Positions 1 through 8,758 of a stretch of DNA of 64,000 nt are shown here, piece by piece. The position numbers were made by a program, and so were the translations under genes. The DNA is taken from positions 864,001 to 928,000 of the forward strand of contig CAVXKA010000003.1 in assembly GCA_963762255.1 (NCBI GenBank), read 5' to 3'. Below the pieces are notes generated by a model. That model was not told the DNA's origin. It searched no databases and was given only the letters and a program-made list of their open reading frames with translations. Within the stretch, counting starts at the first letter, position 1; each line of letters begins with the position of its first letter. The stretch comes from Candidatus Eiseniibacteriota bacterium (GTDB lineage Bacteria; Eisenbacteria; RBG-16-71-46; JABDJR01).

Positions 1-1
1 T

Positions 2-550
2 ATGGTCGGCCGAGCCCGAGACCCCACTACTCTCACCGACCAGGATGACGTCGGCGGCCAGTGTCGAGTCGGCGCGGATGAGCGAGCGGTACATCGGGAC
101 CAACTCCGCGCGAATCTCGTTCTTTCTCTGGCTGAAGACGCTATGGGCCCAGTAGACGACACGAGGGACGACCCCGGCGCGCAGCATGGCCAGAAGCAGA
201 GCCCCCTGCTCGTATCCGTTGCTGCCACCCAAGTGAAGCGAAACCACGGCGGTGTCGGGAGGGAGGCGCCGGGCGACAAGCTTCGGGTAGGGATCTCCTT
301 CGCCGCGCGCCGACGCACCCTGCGAATCCCCCACGAAGACGATGGCACCGGTCGGTGCGCGGCTAGCGAGATCGGCAAAGAAGGCGGTCGGGTCCTGCAG
401 CCCGAGGTAGTAATAGTTCGAGGGGCCGCCGGCCCCCGCCGCCGCCTCCGGCGGCGCCGCCGTGCCGCGCCGCTCGAAGACCCGCATAGTCGAGCCAAAA
501 TACACCTCCACACCCACGAGCACGGCAACGAGCACGAGCAGGTCCCGCAC
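2..550 (-). CDS. SGNH/GDSL-like membrane-anchored protein (AlgJ/DltD-like partner of the MBOAT), runs off the left edge
   Basis: Manual translation (absent from the ORF track because it has no stop): VRDLLVLVAVLVGVEVYFG (TM) ... IVFVGDSQG (GDS motif) ... LHLGGSNG. Lies directly downstream of the MBOAT gene; start codon uncertain. Confidence 0.6.
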   Translation of the reverse strand, partial: MRDLLVLVAVLVGVEVYFGSTMRVFERRGTAAPPEAAAGAGGPSNYYYLGLQDPTAFFADLASRAPTGAIVFVGDSQGASARGEGDPYPKLVARRLPPDTAVVSLHLGGSNGYEQGALLLAMLRAGVVPRVVYWAHSVFSQRKNEIRAELVPMYRSLIRADSTLAADVILVGESSGVSGSADH

Positions 551-608
551 GAGCGCGGCACGGGCGGAGCCCCGGGCCCCCGCGGGGGCGGCGGCCCCGG
601 GCCCAGGC

Positions 609-2075
609 TCAGAACTGGAAGTAGATGAACGGAACCTTGCCACCCGTTCCTCCCATGAGCACGATGTAGATCAGTGCCGCCGCGTAGGCGAAGCCGCGCA
701 GCCAGCCACGCGCACCCCGGAACACCCACTCATCCTGGCGAGCGTACTCGATTGCCTGCACGAGCGCGGTCACCCCGTACCCGGCCACCAAGAGGACCAG
801 CGTCTTGCGCTGCACGACCCATCCCCCGGCGGTGAACATGCGCCGGAGATACTGTCCCGCTTCCTCAAGCGAGGCGGCGCGGAAGACGACCCAGGCCAAC
901 GACACCAGAACGAATACCAGCAACGCGGCCGACGCCGCGCGCACGACGTCGAGAACACCGCGGATCCGTGGGCGTTTGCGAATCGTGCGGTTGCCGAAGA
1001 CGAAGAGCCGCTCCGCGGAGAGGAAGGCCCCGTGCAGTCCGCCCCAAACCACATAGGTCCACCCGGCGCCGTGCCAGAGACCGCACAGCAGCATCGTGAT
1101 CATGGCGGCGATGGGGTAAGCGATGCGCATCTCCTGCTCCACGCTCTTCAGCTTGAACCGCTCCAGACGGCGCAGGAACGCGGACACAAGCGGGTTGAAG
1201 AGGTAGTCCCAGATCCAGGTGGAGAGCGAGATGTGCCAGCGCCGCCAGAACTCGCTGAACGAACGCGAGAAATAGGGTTGCTCGAAGTTGTTGACCACTT
1301 CGTAGCCGAAGAGCTTCGCCGCGCCCCGGGCGATGAGGCTGTAGCCGGCGAAGTCCGTGAAGATCTGCAGCGAGTACAGGAACACGCCCGCGACCAGTTC
1401 CCCCGAGCCGGCGGCCGCCGCGCGCGAGAAGATGTCGTTGCAGAAGGGGGCGATCGGATCGGCCACCGCCACCTTCAGGAGATAGCCCAGGATCATCCGC
1501 TCCAGAGCGTCGCGCAGGTTGTCTGCCCGCAGCGGCTGGCGGGCGGCGAGCTGCGGCAGCCAGCGGGCGCCGCGCTCGATGGGGCCGGCCAGGAGGAGCG
1601 GGAAGAACGCGACGGCCAGAGCGGTGTCGAGCGCTGAGCGCGACGGCGTGAACTTGCGGCGGTAGGCATCCACCACGTAGCCGATGGCCAGGAACGTGTA
1701 GAACGAGACCCCGACCGGCAACATGAGGCGCAGAATGGGGCCCGGCGGGCGGGCGGGGCCCATCAGCGGTCGCAGGGTATCGAGGAAGAACCCGAGGTAC
1801 TTGAAGACGAAGAGCAATCCGAGGAGCGCGGTCACGCCCAGGAGCAGCCACCGCCGCCTCGTCGCCGGGGTCTCCGCCCGCGTGATGAGCTGCGGCACCG
1901 TGAATACGATCAGCCACACGTACGCCAGCGGGCCCAAAAAACGCACATCCCAGCCGGCGTAGAAGAACAGGCTGGCCGCGGTGAGCACGACCTTGCGTCC
2001 GGTCCCTCCCCACGGAAGCCAGAGGAGGAACACCGCGGCGAGGAACGGCAGAAAGAGAGCGTCGGTGAAGAGCAT
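609..2075 (-). CDS. MBOAT family O-acyltransferase (AlgI/DltB-like)
   Basis: Polytopic hydrophobic protein with LPVGVSFYTF, FPLLLAGPIER, DFAGYS, FWRRWHISLSTW and CGLWHGAGW motifs. Confidence 0.93.
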   Translation of the reverse strand: MLFTDALFLPFLAAVFLLWLPWGGTGRKVVLTAASLFFYAGWDVRFLGPLAYVWLIVFTVPQLITRAETPATRRRWLLLGVTALLGLLFVFKYLGFFLDTLRPLMGPARPPGPILRLMLPVGVSFYTFLAIGYVVDAYRRKFTPSRSALDTALAVAFFPLLLAGPIERGARWLPQLAARQPLRADNLRDALERMILGYLLKVAVADPIAPFCNDIFSRAAAAGSGELVAGVFLYSLQIFTDFAGYSLIARGAAKLFGYEVVNNFEQPYFSRSFSEFWRRWHISLSTWIWDYLFNPLVSAFLRRLERFKLKSVEQEMRIAYPIAAMITMLLCGLWHGAGWTYVVWGGLHGAFLSAERLFVFGNRTIRKRPRIRGVLDVVRAASAALLVFVLVSLAWVVFRAASLEEAGQYLRRMFTAGGWVVQRKTLVLLVAGYGVTALVQAIEYARQDEWVFRGARGWLRGFAYAAALIYIVLMGGTGGKVPFIYFQF

Positions 2076-2085
2076 CAGCCGGGCG

Positions 2086-3138
2086 TCACGGGTTCAGGAT
2101 CTTGCCGAGGAACTCGTAGATCTCGCCCCGCGACTCCCGGGCCGCAGGAATATCGATGCGGTTGAAGCTGTGTCCGCCCGGAGCGTCCTCGTAGATCTTG
2201 TACTCGAAGTCCTTCCCTGCCGCTTTGAGCTGCGCGATCAGGTGTTCCACTTCGACCACGTTCACGTCGCGGTCGTTGGTGGTCGTGTGGATGAGGAGCG
2301 GGGTGCGCAGCTTCTTTGCGTTCCAGGCCGGCGAGCGCTTGCGGTACTCGTCCACGTCCTCGTATACGGTCTTCCCGATGTGGTACGGCGCCGAGAACTC
2401 GTCGCGGTAATCCTCGGTGAGATAGCCCATGCGCGCGATGAGATCCGAGACCGGCACTCCGGCGTAAGCCACCTGGAACTTGTCGGGGTGATCGAAGACG
2501 GAGAGGAGCGCGATCAAGCCGCCGTGGCTCCAGCCGAGAATCCCGACACGCGAGCCGTCCACCTGGGGCAACGTCTCGACCGCCCAATCGCGCGCGGCGA
2601 CGACGTCGTCCACCTCGAGTCCCCCGTAGTCGATCGCGTGCTCGTAGCCCTTGCCGTACCCGGTGGAGCCTCGGTACTCCGGCGCCACCACGATGTAGCC
2701 CTGCTCCATCAACTCGCGGATGATGTGGGTGTGATACGTGGTGAAGTCGGCGTGCACGCCCCCATGGGGGAGGATCAGAAGCGGGGCCTTCTTGTTGCCG
2801 AGATCCCGCGGAACGAACACATAGGACCAGAATTTAAACGGGTGGCGCTCGTTTGCGATCCCGTAGATCTCCTCGTCCTTCGGATTCGGCGGGCCGGTCA
2901 AATAGACCTTGTCGACGACGGCGATGTCGCCCACGCGCTCGAACCAGAGAACGTCGTCGATCTTCTTGAGGATCTCGTCGAAGGAGAAGCGCTGCTCCTC
3001 GACCGCCTTCTCGAGCGCGGCCAGGCGGCTTTCCTGGTCGGGCGCGGCGGGGGTGTCCTGGCCGAAGCCCACGGCGGGAAGGAAAGCGAGGCATCCCCAG
3101 CCGATGAGACCGACCAGCAGAGCACATCGTGGCCGCAT
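2086..3138 (-). CDS. Secreted S9 family (prolyl oligopeptidase-like) serine peptidase
   Basis: Signal peptide, PHGG, EYRGSTGYG, catalytic GWSHGG, Asp and His regions. ATG at 3138 follows GAGGAGG. Confidence 0.88.
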   Translation of the reverse strand: MRPRCALLVGLIGWGCLAFLPAVGFGQDTPAAPDQESRLAALEKAVEEQRFSFDEILKKIDDVLWFERVGDIAVVDKVYLTGPPNPKDEEIYGIANERHPFKFWSYVFVPRDLGNKKAPLLILPHGGVHADFTTYHTHIIRELMEQGYIVVAPEYRGSTGYGKGYEHAIDYGGLEVDDVVAARDWAVETLPQVDGSRVGILGWSHGGLIALLSVFDHPDKFQVAYAGVPVSDLIARMGYLTEDYRDEFSAPYHIGKTVYEDVDEYRKRSPAWNAKKLRTPLLIHTTTNDRDVNVVEVEHLIAQLKAAGKDFEYKIYEDAPGGHSFNRIDIPAARESRGEIYEFLGKILNP

Positions 3139-3210
3139 CGTAACCTCCTCAAGGGTTTCGGGCATGGAATGCAGGGGAGGATACTCCGGCTCCCGGCCCC
3201 GAACAACCGC

Positions 3211-3756
3211 CTAGGGAGGAGCCATCCGTTCGCGCAGCTCCTCGGCAAGCACGCGGGCCTTCTCCGCCACCGTGCACGCGCGCGTGAGGTCGGACGCCTC
3301 GAAAGCCCGGAGCGCGTCGGCCAGGAACTTCTCCGCCGCCGAAAGCTCTTCCTGATCGGTCGTCGTGAGAACGCGTGCCCTCACGAGGGCCAGCGAGCGG
3401 GTCGCACGGTCCACGTCATCCCGGAACTTCGCTTCGCGCGCTGCGCGATCCTCCGCCGAGAGTCGGATCGTGACGGTGGGCGCGGGCTCCGGCGCGGTGA
3501 CGGCCGCGCTATCGGGCGCCGCGGTCCGCGCCGCGGCGGGCGGGTTCTTCGGGGTCTTGCGCGGGGCGCCCCCTCCGCCGGAGGCGGGAGCGCTCGGCGG
3601 ACTCGTCTGCGGCTCGACGGGAGCTGCGACGCTGTCCGGCGCCGTCACGTCGGGGCTCGGCGGCCGCATCGAACCGAGAAACGAACAACCCCCCAGGGCA
3701 AAGGCCGCGACCAGTGCCATGAGAACGAGCGAGCCGCGCGAGGGAGAGAGCATCAT
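3211..3756 (-). CDS. Putative lipoprotein with Pro/Ala-rich linker and helical C-terminus
   Basis: Hydrophobic stretch ending in LGGC lipobox; co-oriented with the two-component genes. Confidence 0.7.
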   Translation of the reverse strand: MMLSPSRGSLVLMALVAAFALGGCSFLGSMRPPSPDVTAPDSVAAPVEPQTSPPSAPASGGGGAPRKTPKNPPAAARTAAPDSAAVTAPEPAPTVTIRLSAEDRAAREAKFRDDVDRATRSLALVRARVLTTTDQEELSAAEKFLADALRAFEASDLTRACTVAEKARVLAEELRERMAPP

Positions 3757-3766
3757 CGGGATTGTC

Positions 3767-5614
3767 TCAACCGGCCGTGAAGGCGGGCAAGGTGACGATG
3801 AAGGCCGTGCCGAGCCCCGGTCTGCTGCGCATGTCGATGCTGCCGCCGTGCATTTCCACAGCTTGTTGAACCAGCGCCAGCCCCACCCCGGTTCCCTCTT
3901 TCTTGGTAGTGAAGTAGAGATCGAACACGCTCGCCTGCAGTTCGACAGGGATCCCCTCGCCGCAATCTTCGACGGTTAGACGGACCCGCTGACCTACAGG
4001 GTACGCGGAAACAGAGATCGGCGCCGACCCTGCCGGAGACGCCTGGATCGCGTTGCGCAAGAGATTGAGGAGGGCTTGGCGAAGGACCTCCTCGTCCCCG
4101 TAGATCTCCGGCAGATTCTCGGCCACGTCGAGGGTGATCTCGACGCCCGCCAGGCGTGCCTCAGGCAGGACCAGCTCGCGCAGTTCGCGCAGAAACGGTG
4201 CCACATCGATCGGCTTGAGGCTCAGCTCCTGCAGCCGGGCCAACCGCAAAAACCCGTACACGACACGCTCCAGCCGGGCGATCTCGCGTTGCACCACATC
4301 CACGTGCGTTTGACTGGCGTCGCCCCCCGAGTCGCCCAGCTTCTGCTTGAGCAGCTCGAGATGGATGTTCATCGCGTTGAGCGGGTTGCGCACTTCGTGG
4401 GCCACCCCTGCCGCCATCTTCCCCAACCGCGAGAGCACCCGCGCGTGGTCGAGCATCTCCTGGATCTGCCGCATCCGGCCGTAGTCGCGCAGCGTAATCA
4501 TCGCGCCTTGCCGGCTCGGACCCTCCCCGACCACCTGGCAGGTGCCCAGATAGACCCGATCCCCTTCCCCCGTCGTGAACTCCATCGGGGCGGACTCCGG
4601 GCGGTGATCGCCGCCGAAAGCCTTGTCGACCATCTGCACCAGGGGATGACCCGCGGAGAGAACCTCGCCCAGATCCCGGCCGACCATCGCGCCGAACCCC
4701 GCACCGAGGATCCGGCATGCGGTTCGATTGGCCATGAGCACCTGACGGCGCGAATCGATCATGAGCAGGCCGTCGTCCACGGCATCGACAAGGCGGCGGA
4801 GCGTGTCCCCTTCGCTCACGAGCGTGTCGCGCTGGAGCAAGAGCTGCGCCCGCTCCTGGGAAAGCACCTCGCTCAGCGCGTTGATCTGGCGGGCCAGGTG
4901 ACCGACTTCATCCTGCGATCCCACCGGCACGCGATAACCGAAGTCGCCCCGCTGCAAGTGATCGATGCCTGCCTCGATGCGGCTCAGCGGCCGGAGGATG
5001 ACGATCCACGACACCGCGACGCCGAAGGCGGTGGCCAGGAGCACCTGCAGGATGAGCTTCACGATCTGGGTGCGAAGCACCGTCTGCATCTCTTCGCGCA
5101 GGAGTCCCGGCGAGAGGCCGACACGTACGGTGCCGAAGTCCCGATCGTTGAGGAGAACCGGCACCGAGATCTCCCATGCCTCGTGCTGGTGCACGATGGA
5201 CATGAACTGGCGCAGGAGCCCGAGCCCGCGTGCGGGGACGAGGCCGGGGTGCCGCGCGATCCGCGAACCGAGCTGCGTGCTGTCCGAGTGGCAGAGAACC
5301 AGATCGGTGGTGTCGGCCACCACCAGGTAGAGGACGGACGGCGTGAACTGCTGGGCGTCGGTCAGAACGCTCCTCAGGCGCGGGTCGCCCCGCACGACCT
5401 GAGCGGGGTCCGCGCCCGCCGCGCTGCGCAGCGAGATGGCGATCTGACTGATCACGAGGTTGGCGGCAAGCTCCGCGCGGGCCACCGCCGACTCGACCTC
5501 GACCCGGGTCAGCGTGGCAACCTCGACCATGGCCGAGCCCACCCCGATCAGAAACGCGAATAGCGTCAGCGCGAGGATGAGGACGAGGCGGATGCCGGGC
5601 CGTACCTTCGTCAC
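3767..5614 (-). CDS. Sensor histidine kinase (2 TM, periplasmic domain, HAMP, PAS, HisKA, HATPase)
   Basis: H-box AHEVRNPL, N-box NLLRNAIQA, DCGEGI, FTTKKEGTGVGL. GTG start overlaps the regulator stop (GTGA, 5614-5611). Confidence 0.93.
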   Translation of the reverse strand: MTKVRPGIRLVLILALTLFAFLIGVGSAMVEVATLTRVEVESAVARAELAANLVISQIAISLRSAAGADPAQVVRGDPRLRSVLTDAQQFTPSVLYLVVADTTDLVLCHSDSTQLGSRIARHPGLVPARGLGLLRQFMSIVHQHEAWEISVPVLLNDRDFGTVRVGLSPGLLREEMQTVLRTQIVKLILQVLLATAFGVAVSWIVILRPLSRIEAGIDHLQRGDFGYRVPVGSQDEVGHLARQINALSEVLSQERAQLLLQRDTLVSEGDTLRRLVDAVDDGLLMIDSRRQVLMANRTACRILGAGFGAMVGRDLGEVLSAGHPLVQMVDKAFGGDHRPESAPMEFTTGEGDRVYLGTCQVVGEGPSRQGAMITLRDYGRMRQIQEMLDHARVLSRLGKMAAGVAHEVRNPLNAMNIHLELLKQKLGDSGGDASQTHVDVVQREIARLERVVYGFLRLARLQELSLKPIDVAPFLRELRELVLPEARLAGVEITLDVAENLPEIYGDEEVLRQALLNLLRNAIQASPAGSAPISVSAYPVGQRVRLTVEDCGEGIPVELQASVFDLYFTTKKEGTGVGLALVQQAVEMHGGSIDMRSRPGLGTAFIVTLPAFTAG

Positions 5615-7047
5615 GCCGGACGGCCTCGGTACTTCCTGAGCTTGTTGTGGAGCGTGCGGGTGCTGATGCCGAGGATCTCCGCGGCTCGCGTCTTGTTGTC
5701 GCTCGTCTTGCGTAGCGTCTCGAGAATGAGGAGCTTCTCCGCCTCCTCGACCGTGCTGCCGACGCTCACGACCACCGTGGCGGCGTGCGAGCCGTTCGAG
5801 GGAACCGCGGCGGGTGCGAGGGTGACGGTCGCGGGCTGCTCCGCGAGCGGCGAGCCCTCGGCACGCGCCGGCGGAGGGGGGCCCAGACTGGGCAGATCGC
5901 AGACGTCGATGAGGGACCCCGCGGCGACGACGACCGCCCGCTCCACCACATTGCGCAACTCGCGGACGTTGCCCGGCCACCGGTGGGCGCGCAGCGCATC
6001 CTGCGCCGCCGCCGTGAAGCCGTCGAAGGTCTTGCCGTTGGCGCAGGCGAACTCGTGCAGGAAGTGTTGAGCGAGGAGCGGCACGTCCTGCAGCCTCTCG
6101 CGCAGCGCCGGAAGCGCGATGGTGAAGACGTTGAGACGGTAGAAGAGGTCTTCGCGAAAGCGGCCGCTCTGGAGCGCCCGACCGATGTCGGCGTTGGTGG
6201 AGGAGATGACGCGAACGTCGACCGGGATCTCCTGCCGACCTCCGACGCGCCGGATGCTGCGCTCCTCGAGAACGCGCAGCAGCTTCGCCTGAAGTTCGGG
6301 GGGCATCTCCCCGATCTCGTCGAGGAGGAGCGTGCCGCCGGTGGCGAGTTCGAAGCACCCGGCCCGATCCGCGGTGGCCCCGGTGAAGGAACCCTTCTGG
6401 TGGCCGAGGATCTCGCTTTCCAGCAACGACTGCGGGATGGCCGCGCAGTTGACGGCAACGAAGGGCCTGTTGCGCCGCGGGCTCATCTCGTGAAGCGTTC
6501 GCGCCACGACTTCCTTGCCGGTACCGCTTTCCCCGGTGATGAGCACTGATACACGGCTCGGCGCGGCCTGCCCGACGAGCCGGTAGACGTCCTGCATGAT
6601 CGGCGTGCGGCCGACCAGGTGGCCGAACTTCCCGCGCTCGGCGAGATCGCGCGTGAGCCGCAGCAATTCCTCGCGATCGCTCACGCGCTCGACCGCCTTC
6701 TCGAGAACCACCTTGAGTCGGGCGAGGTCGACCGGCTTGGTGAGGTAGTCGTAGGCGCCTTCGCGCATCGCCTGAGTCGCGTTCTCGATCGTGCCGTGGC
6801 CGGTGAGAAGGATGAATACGGCGTGGGGGAGCTCCTCGCGAACTGCGCTCATCAGCTCGATGCCGGACGGGCCGGGCATCATCAGATCGGAGAGCACGAT
6901 GTGAGGGGAGAACTCCTTGCAGATCGCCAGCGCGTCCCGCGCATCCGATGCCGGACGGCTCTTGTATCCCCAGCCGGAGATGAGCTCGGTGAGTCCGGCG
7001 CGCGCGGCCTCTTCATCGTCAACGACGAGGACTCGATACGATGTCAT
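5611..7047 (-). CDS. Sigma-54-dependent response regulator (NtrC/AtoC/ZraR family: REC-AAA+-Fis HTH)
   Basis: VLVVDDE receiver, Walker [15 protein letters not shown] (GAFTGA variant), [39 protein letters not shown]. Confidence 0.95.
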   Translation of the reverse strand: MTSYRVLVVDDEEAARAGLTELISGWGYKSRPASDARDALAICKEFSPHIVLSDLMMPGPSGIELMSAVREELPHAVFILLTGHGTIENATQAMREGAYDYLTKPVDLARLKVVLEKAVERVSDREELLRLTRDLAERGKFGHLVGRTPIMQDVYRLVGQAAPSRVSVLITGESGTGKEVVARTLHEMSPRRNRPFVAVNCAAIPQSLLESEILGHQKGSFTGATADRAGCFELATGGTLLLDEIGEMPPELQAKLLRVLEERSIRRVGGRQEIPVDVRVISSTNADIGRALQSGRFREDLFYRLNVFTIALPALRERLQDVPLLAQHFLHEFACANGKTFDGFTAAAQDALRAHRWPGNVRELRNVVERAVVVAAGSLIDVCDLPSLGPPPPARAEGSPLAEQPATVTLAPAAVPSNGSHAATVVVSVGSTVEEAEKLLILETLRKTSDNKTRAAEILGISTRTLHNKLRKYRGRPA

Positions 7048-7122
7048 GGGGTGATCGCCTCCGTGGGCCGGATCCTCGATAGGCTGCTTCACCGCAGACT
7101 CCGGGCCGACGGGTGGAGACAA

Positions 7123-7138
7123 TGCGAGGCCCGTGCCG
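7123..7138 (-). promoter_or_regulatory. Candidate sigma-54 (-24/-12) promoter for the regulator/kinase operon
   Basis: Minus strand reads CGGCACGGGCCTCGCA, i.e. GG-N10-GC with a GGCACG core, about 76 bp upstream of the ATG. Confidence 0.55.
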
Positions 7139-7168
7139 GAGACCGAAGAACCATGCTACCTCCCAAAT

Positions 7169-7181
7169 TTCAATGAGTTAC
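7169..7181 (+). promoter_or_regulatory. Candidate IHF site
   Basis: TTTCAATGAGTTA versus consensus WATCAANNNNTTR (1 mismatch), in an AT-rich patch about 30 bp upstream of the leftward sigma-54 site. Confidence 0.35.
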
Positions 7182-7369
7182 AGCAATCAAAGGCAAACCT
7201 GAAGCCAAGACTCCAGGGACAAATCGAATGAGTGCGCAAATTTTACACGGTTTCGGCCATTCGCGCACCCCGGGGATAGGGACTATTCTTCGCGCAGGTT
7301 TTTGCCGAGCCTGCCAAGGATGCAGAGTGGATTGATCAATTCGAGCCTACCGGGGGGGGTATGGCCGTC

Positions 7370-7382
7370 CAAACCGTTGAAA
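7370..7382 (-). promoter_or_regulatory. Candidate IHF site
   Basis: Minus strand TTTCAACGGTTTG versus WATCAANNNNTTR (1 mismatch), just upstream of the rightward sigma-54 site. Confidence 0.35.
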
Positions 7383-7399
7383 ACACGTGATGCGTGGGG

Positions 7400-7415
7400 T
7401 GGCACCGCTCTTGCT
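7400..7415 (+). promoter_or_regulatory. Sigma-54 (-24/-12) promoter for the cytochrome operon
   Basis: TGGCACCGCTCTTGCT is an exact match to TGGCAC-N5-TTGCW and lies next to a sigma-54 activator gene. Confidence 0.8.
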
Positions 7416-7420
7416 CTTAG

Positions 7421-7700
7421 ACGCGGGTGGAAGACCGAACCGGAATTCGCCTGGTTGGATCTCCGGGCTAGGTTTGGCCAATCGAAGGCGATTCGGGCTT
7501 CCGAGAAGCCAACCCACGTGAAGCACGGTGGGGGGCCGGGCGGAATTGCTCGAAGAGCACGATGTTCGGTACGCCGCCCGGTCCCCCATCCCCCCCTCCT
7601 CGGCGAGCCGACCGGCGTCAGCGGCAAGCTCTGGTTGAACCGGACCACCGCCATGGACGGAGCGGTGGCCTGGTCGACCACCCAAAATGATGAACTGCAC
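7421..7700 (+). ncRNA. Candidate structured 5' leader or sRNA of unknown class
   Basis: Stems 7443-7452/7486-7494, 7453-7458/7478-7483, 7496-7501/7505-7510, 7527-7543/7574-7590 (17 bp with two G-U pairs) and 7645-7651/7662-7668. Confidence 0.35.
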
Positions 7701-7890
7701 CTTCGGGGGGGTTTCGTCTGGCACGACTTCGGGCTCCTCGGGGTGTTTCCCCCCGCTCGTGTTCACCCAGAATCCGGCTGGCGGCCGGGGTGGGAACCCC
7801 GGACCGGTCAAGGGGGTTTCGCTCTCGACCGATATCGATTGCAGGATCACCCTCAACTGAAAGCCCTCGGCTCCTCGTCACGGCATAGGT

Positions 7891-8754
7891 GTGCGTTTGA
7901 AACGGACTCTGTCGATCATCTTTGTCCTACTTGCTGGGATCGCGATCGCCGGCGCGCCGTACTACACTCTCCCCATGTCCGGACGGGTCCGCAGTTCCTT
8001 TCACGAGTGGCTCCGTCCCTCGGGCTATGTCGGTCAGTCGCTCGGCATCATCGGCCTCGCGTGCTTTCTCTTCCTCTGGCTCTACCCGGTGCGCAAGCAC
8101 TTTCCTCAACTGGCGCGCACGGGCTCTATCGCGCGGTGGCTCCACGTCCACGTCATCGCCGGGCTCGCGACGCCGTTCTTGGTGGCGCTCCATGCGGGGT
8201 TCCGCTTCTCGGGGCTGGCCGGCCTCGCCTTTGCAGCGATGGTCGTGGTCTGGATGAGCGGCATCGTCGGGCGCTACCTCTACGCCCGCATCCCCCGCAG
8301 CCGGACCGGGCTGGCACTGAGCATCCAGGAGATCGGAACCCAGCGAGAGGATCTGATCCGGCGCATCGCCGCCGCCACAGGCCTCCATCCAGCCGATGTC
8401 CGTAAGGACCTCGCGGTGGAAGACGTCATGCACAAGGGGCTCGGGAAGCGTCAAACGCTCCGCCTCCAGATCACGGGCGATCTCGCCCGCCGTCGCGCCG
8501 TGCGCGACTTCCGCGCGAGGATCCTCGCGGGCACAGGAGGGGCGGTGAACATCGACGCGGGCGCGCTCGACGAGGCGCTTCGGTGCGCCCGGCGGGAGCT
8601 CGCCCTCGCCCAGCAACTCCGACTCCTGGAAGGGACCCAGCGCGTCTTCCGCTTCTGGCATGTCGCCCATCGCCCGGTAGCAGTGACCGCGCTCGTCGCC
8701 GTCGCCGTTCACGTCGGCGTCGTGATCGCCGTCGGCAGCACGTGGTTCAGGTAG
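7891..8754 (+). CDS. Inner-membrane protein, ferric-reductase/cytochrome-b-like (putative heme b)
   Basis: About 5 TM segments with His-containing motifs WLHVHVIAG, ALHAG, FRFWHVAHRP and VAVHV. Confidence 0.7.
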   Translation: MRLKRTLSIIFVLLAGIAIAGAPYYTLPMSGRVRSSFHEWLRPSGYVGQSLGIIGLACFLFLWLYPVRKHFPQLARTGSIARWLHVHVIAGLATPFLVALHAGFRFSGLAGLAFAAMVVVWMSGIVGRYLYARIPRSRTGLALSIQEIGTQREDLIRRIAAATGLHPADVRKDLAVEDVMHKGLGKRQTLRLQITGDLARRRAVRDFRARILAGTGGAVNIDAGALDEALRCARRELALAQQLRLLEGTQRVFRFWHVAHRPVAVTALVAVAVHVGVVIAVGSTWFR

Positions 8755-8758
8755 CACG

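Noticed and set aside
462-3780. Long antisense ORFs (462-1637, 1981-3780 and many similar across the window)
   Set aside because: Shadow frames typical of high-GC DNA, lying opposite well-supported genes.
7190-7226. c-di-GMP-I riboswitch look-alike (GGCAAACC...GGGAC)
   Set aside because: Lacks the GNRA loop, the GCAAAG junction and the second stem, and lies upstream of the predicted promoter.
7719-7734. Second rightward sigma-54 site TGGCACGACTTCGGGC
   Set aside because: The -12 GC is one base out of register and lacks TT.
7302-8405. 367-aa ORF spanning the leader
   Set aside because: No recognisable motifs; it overlaps the promoter and the real gene at 7891 in another frame.
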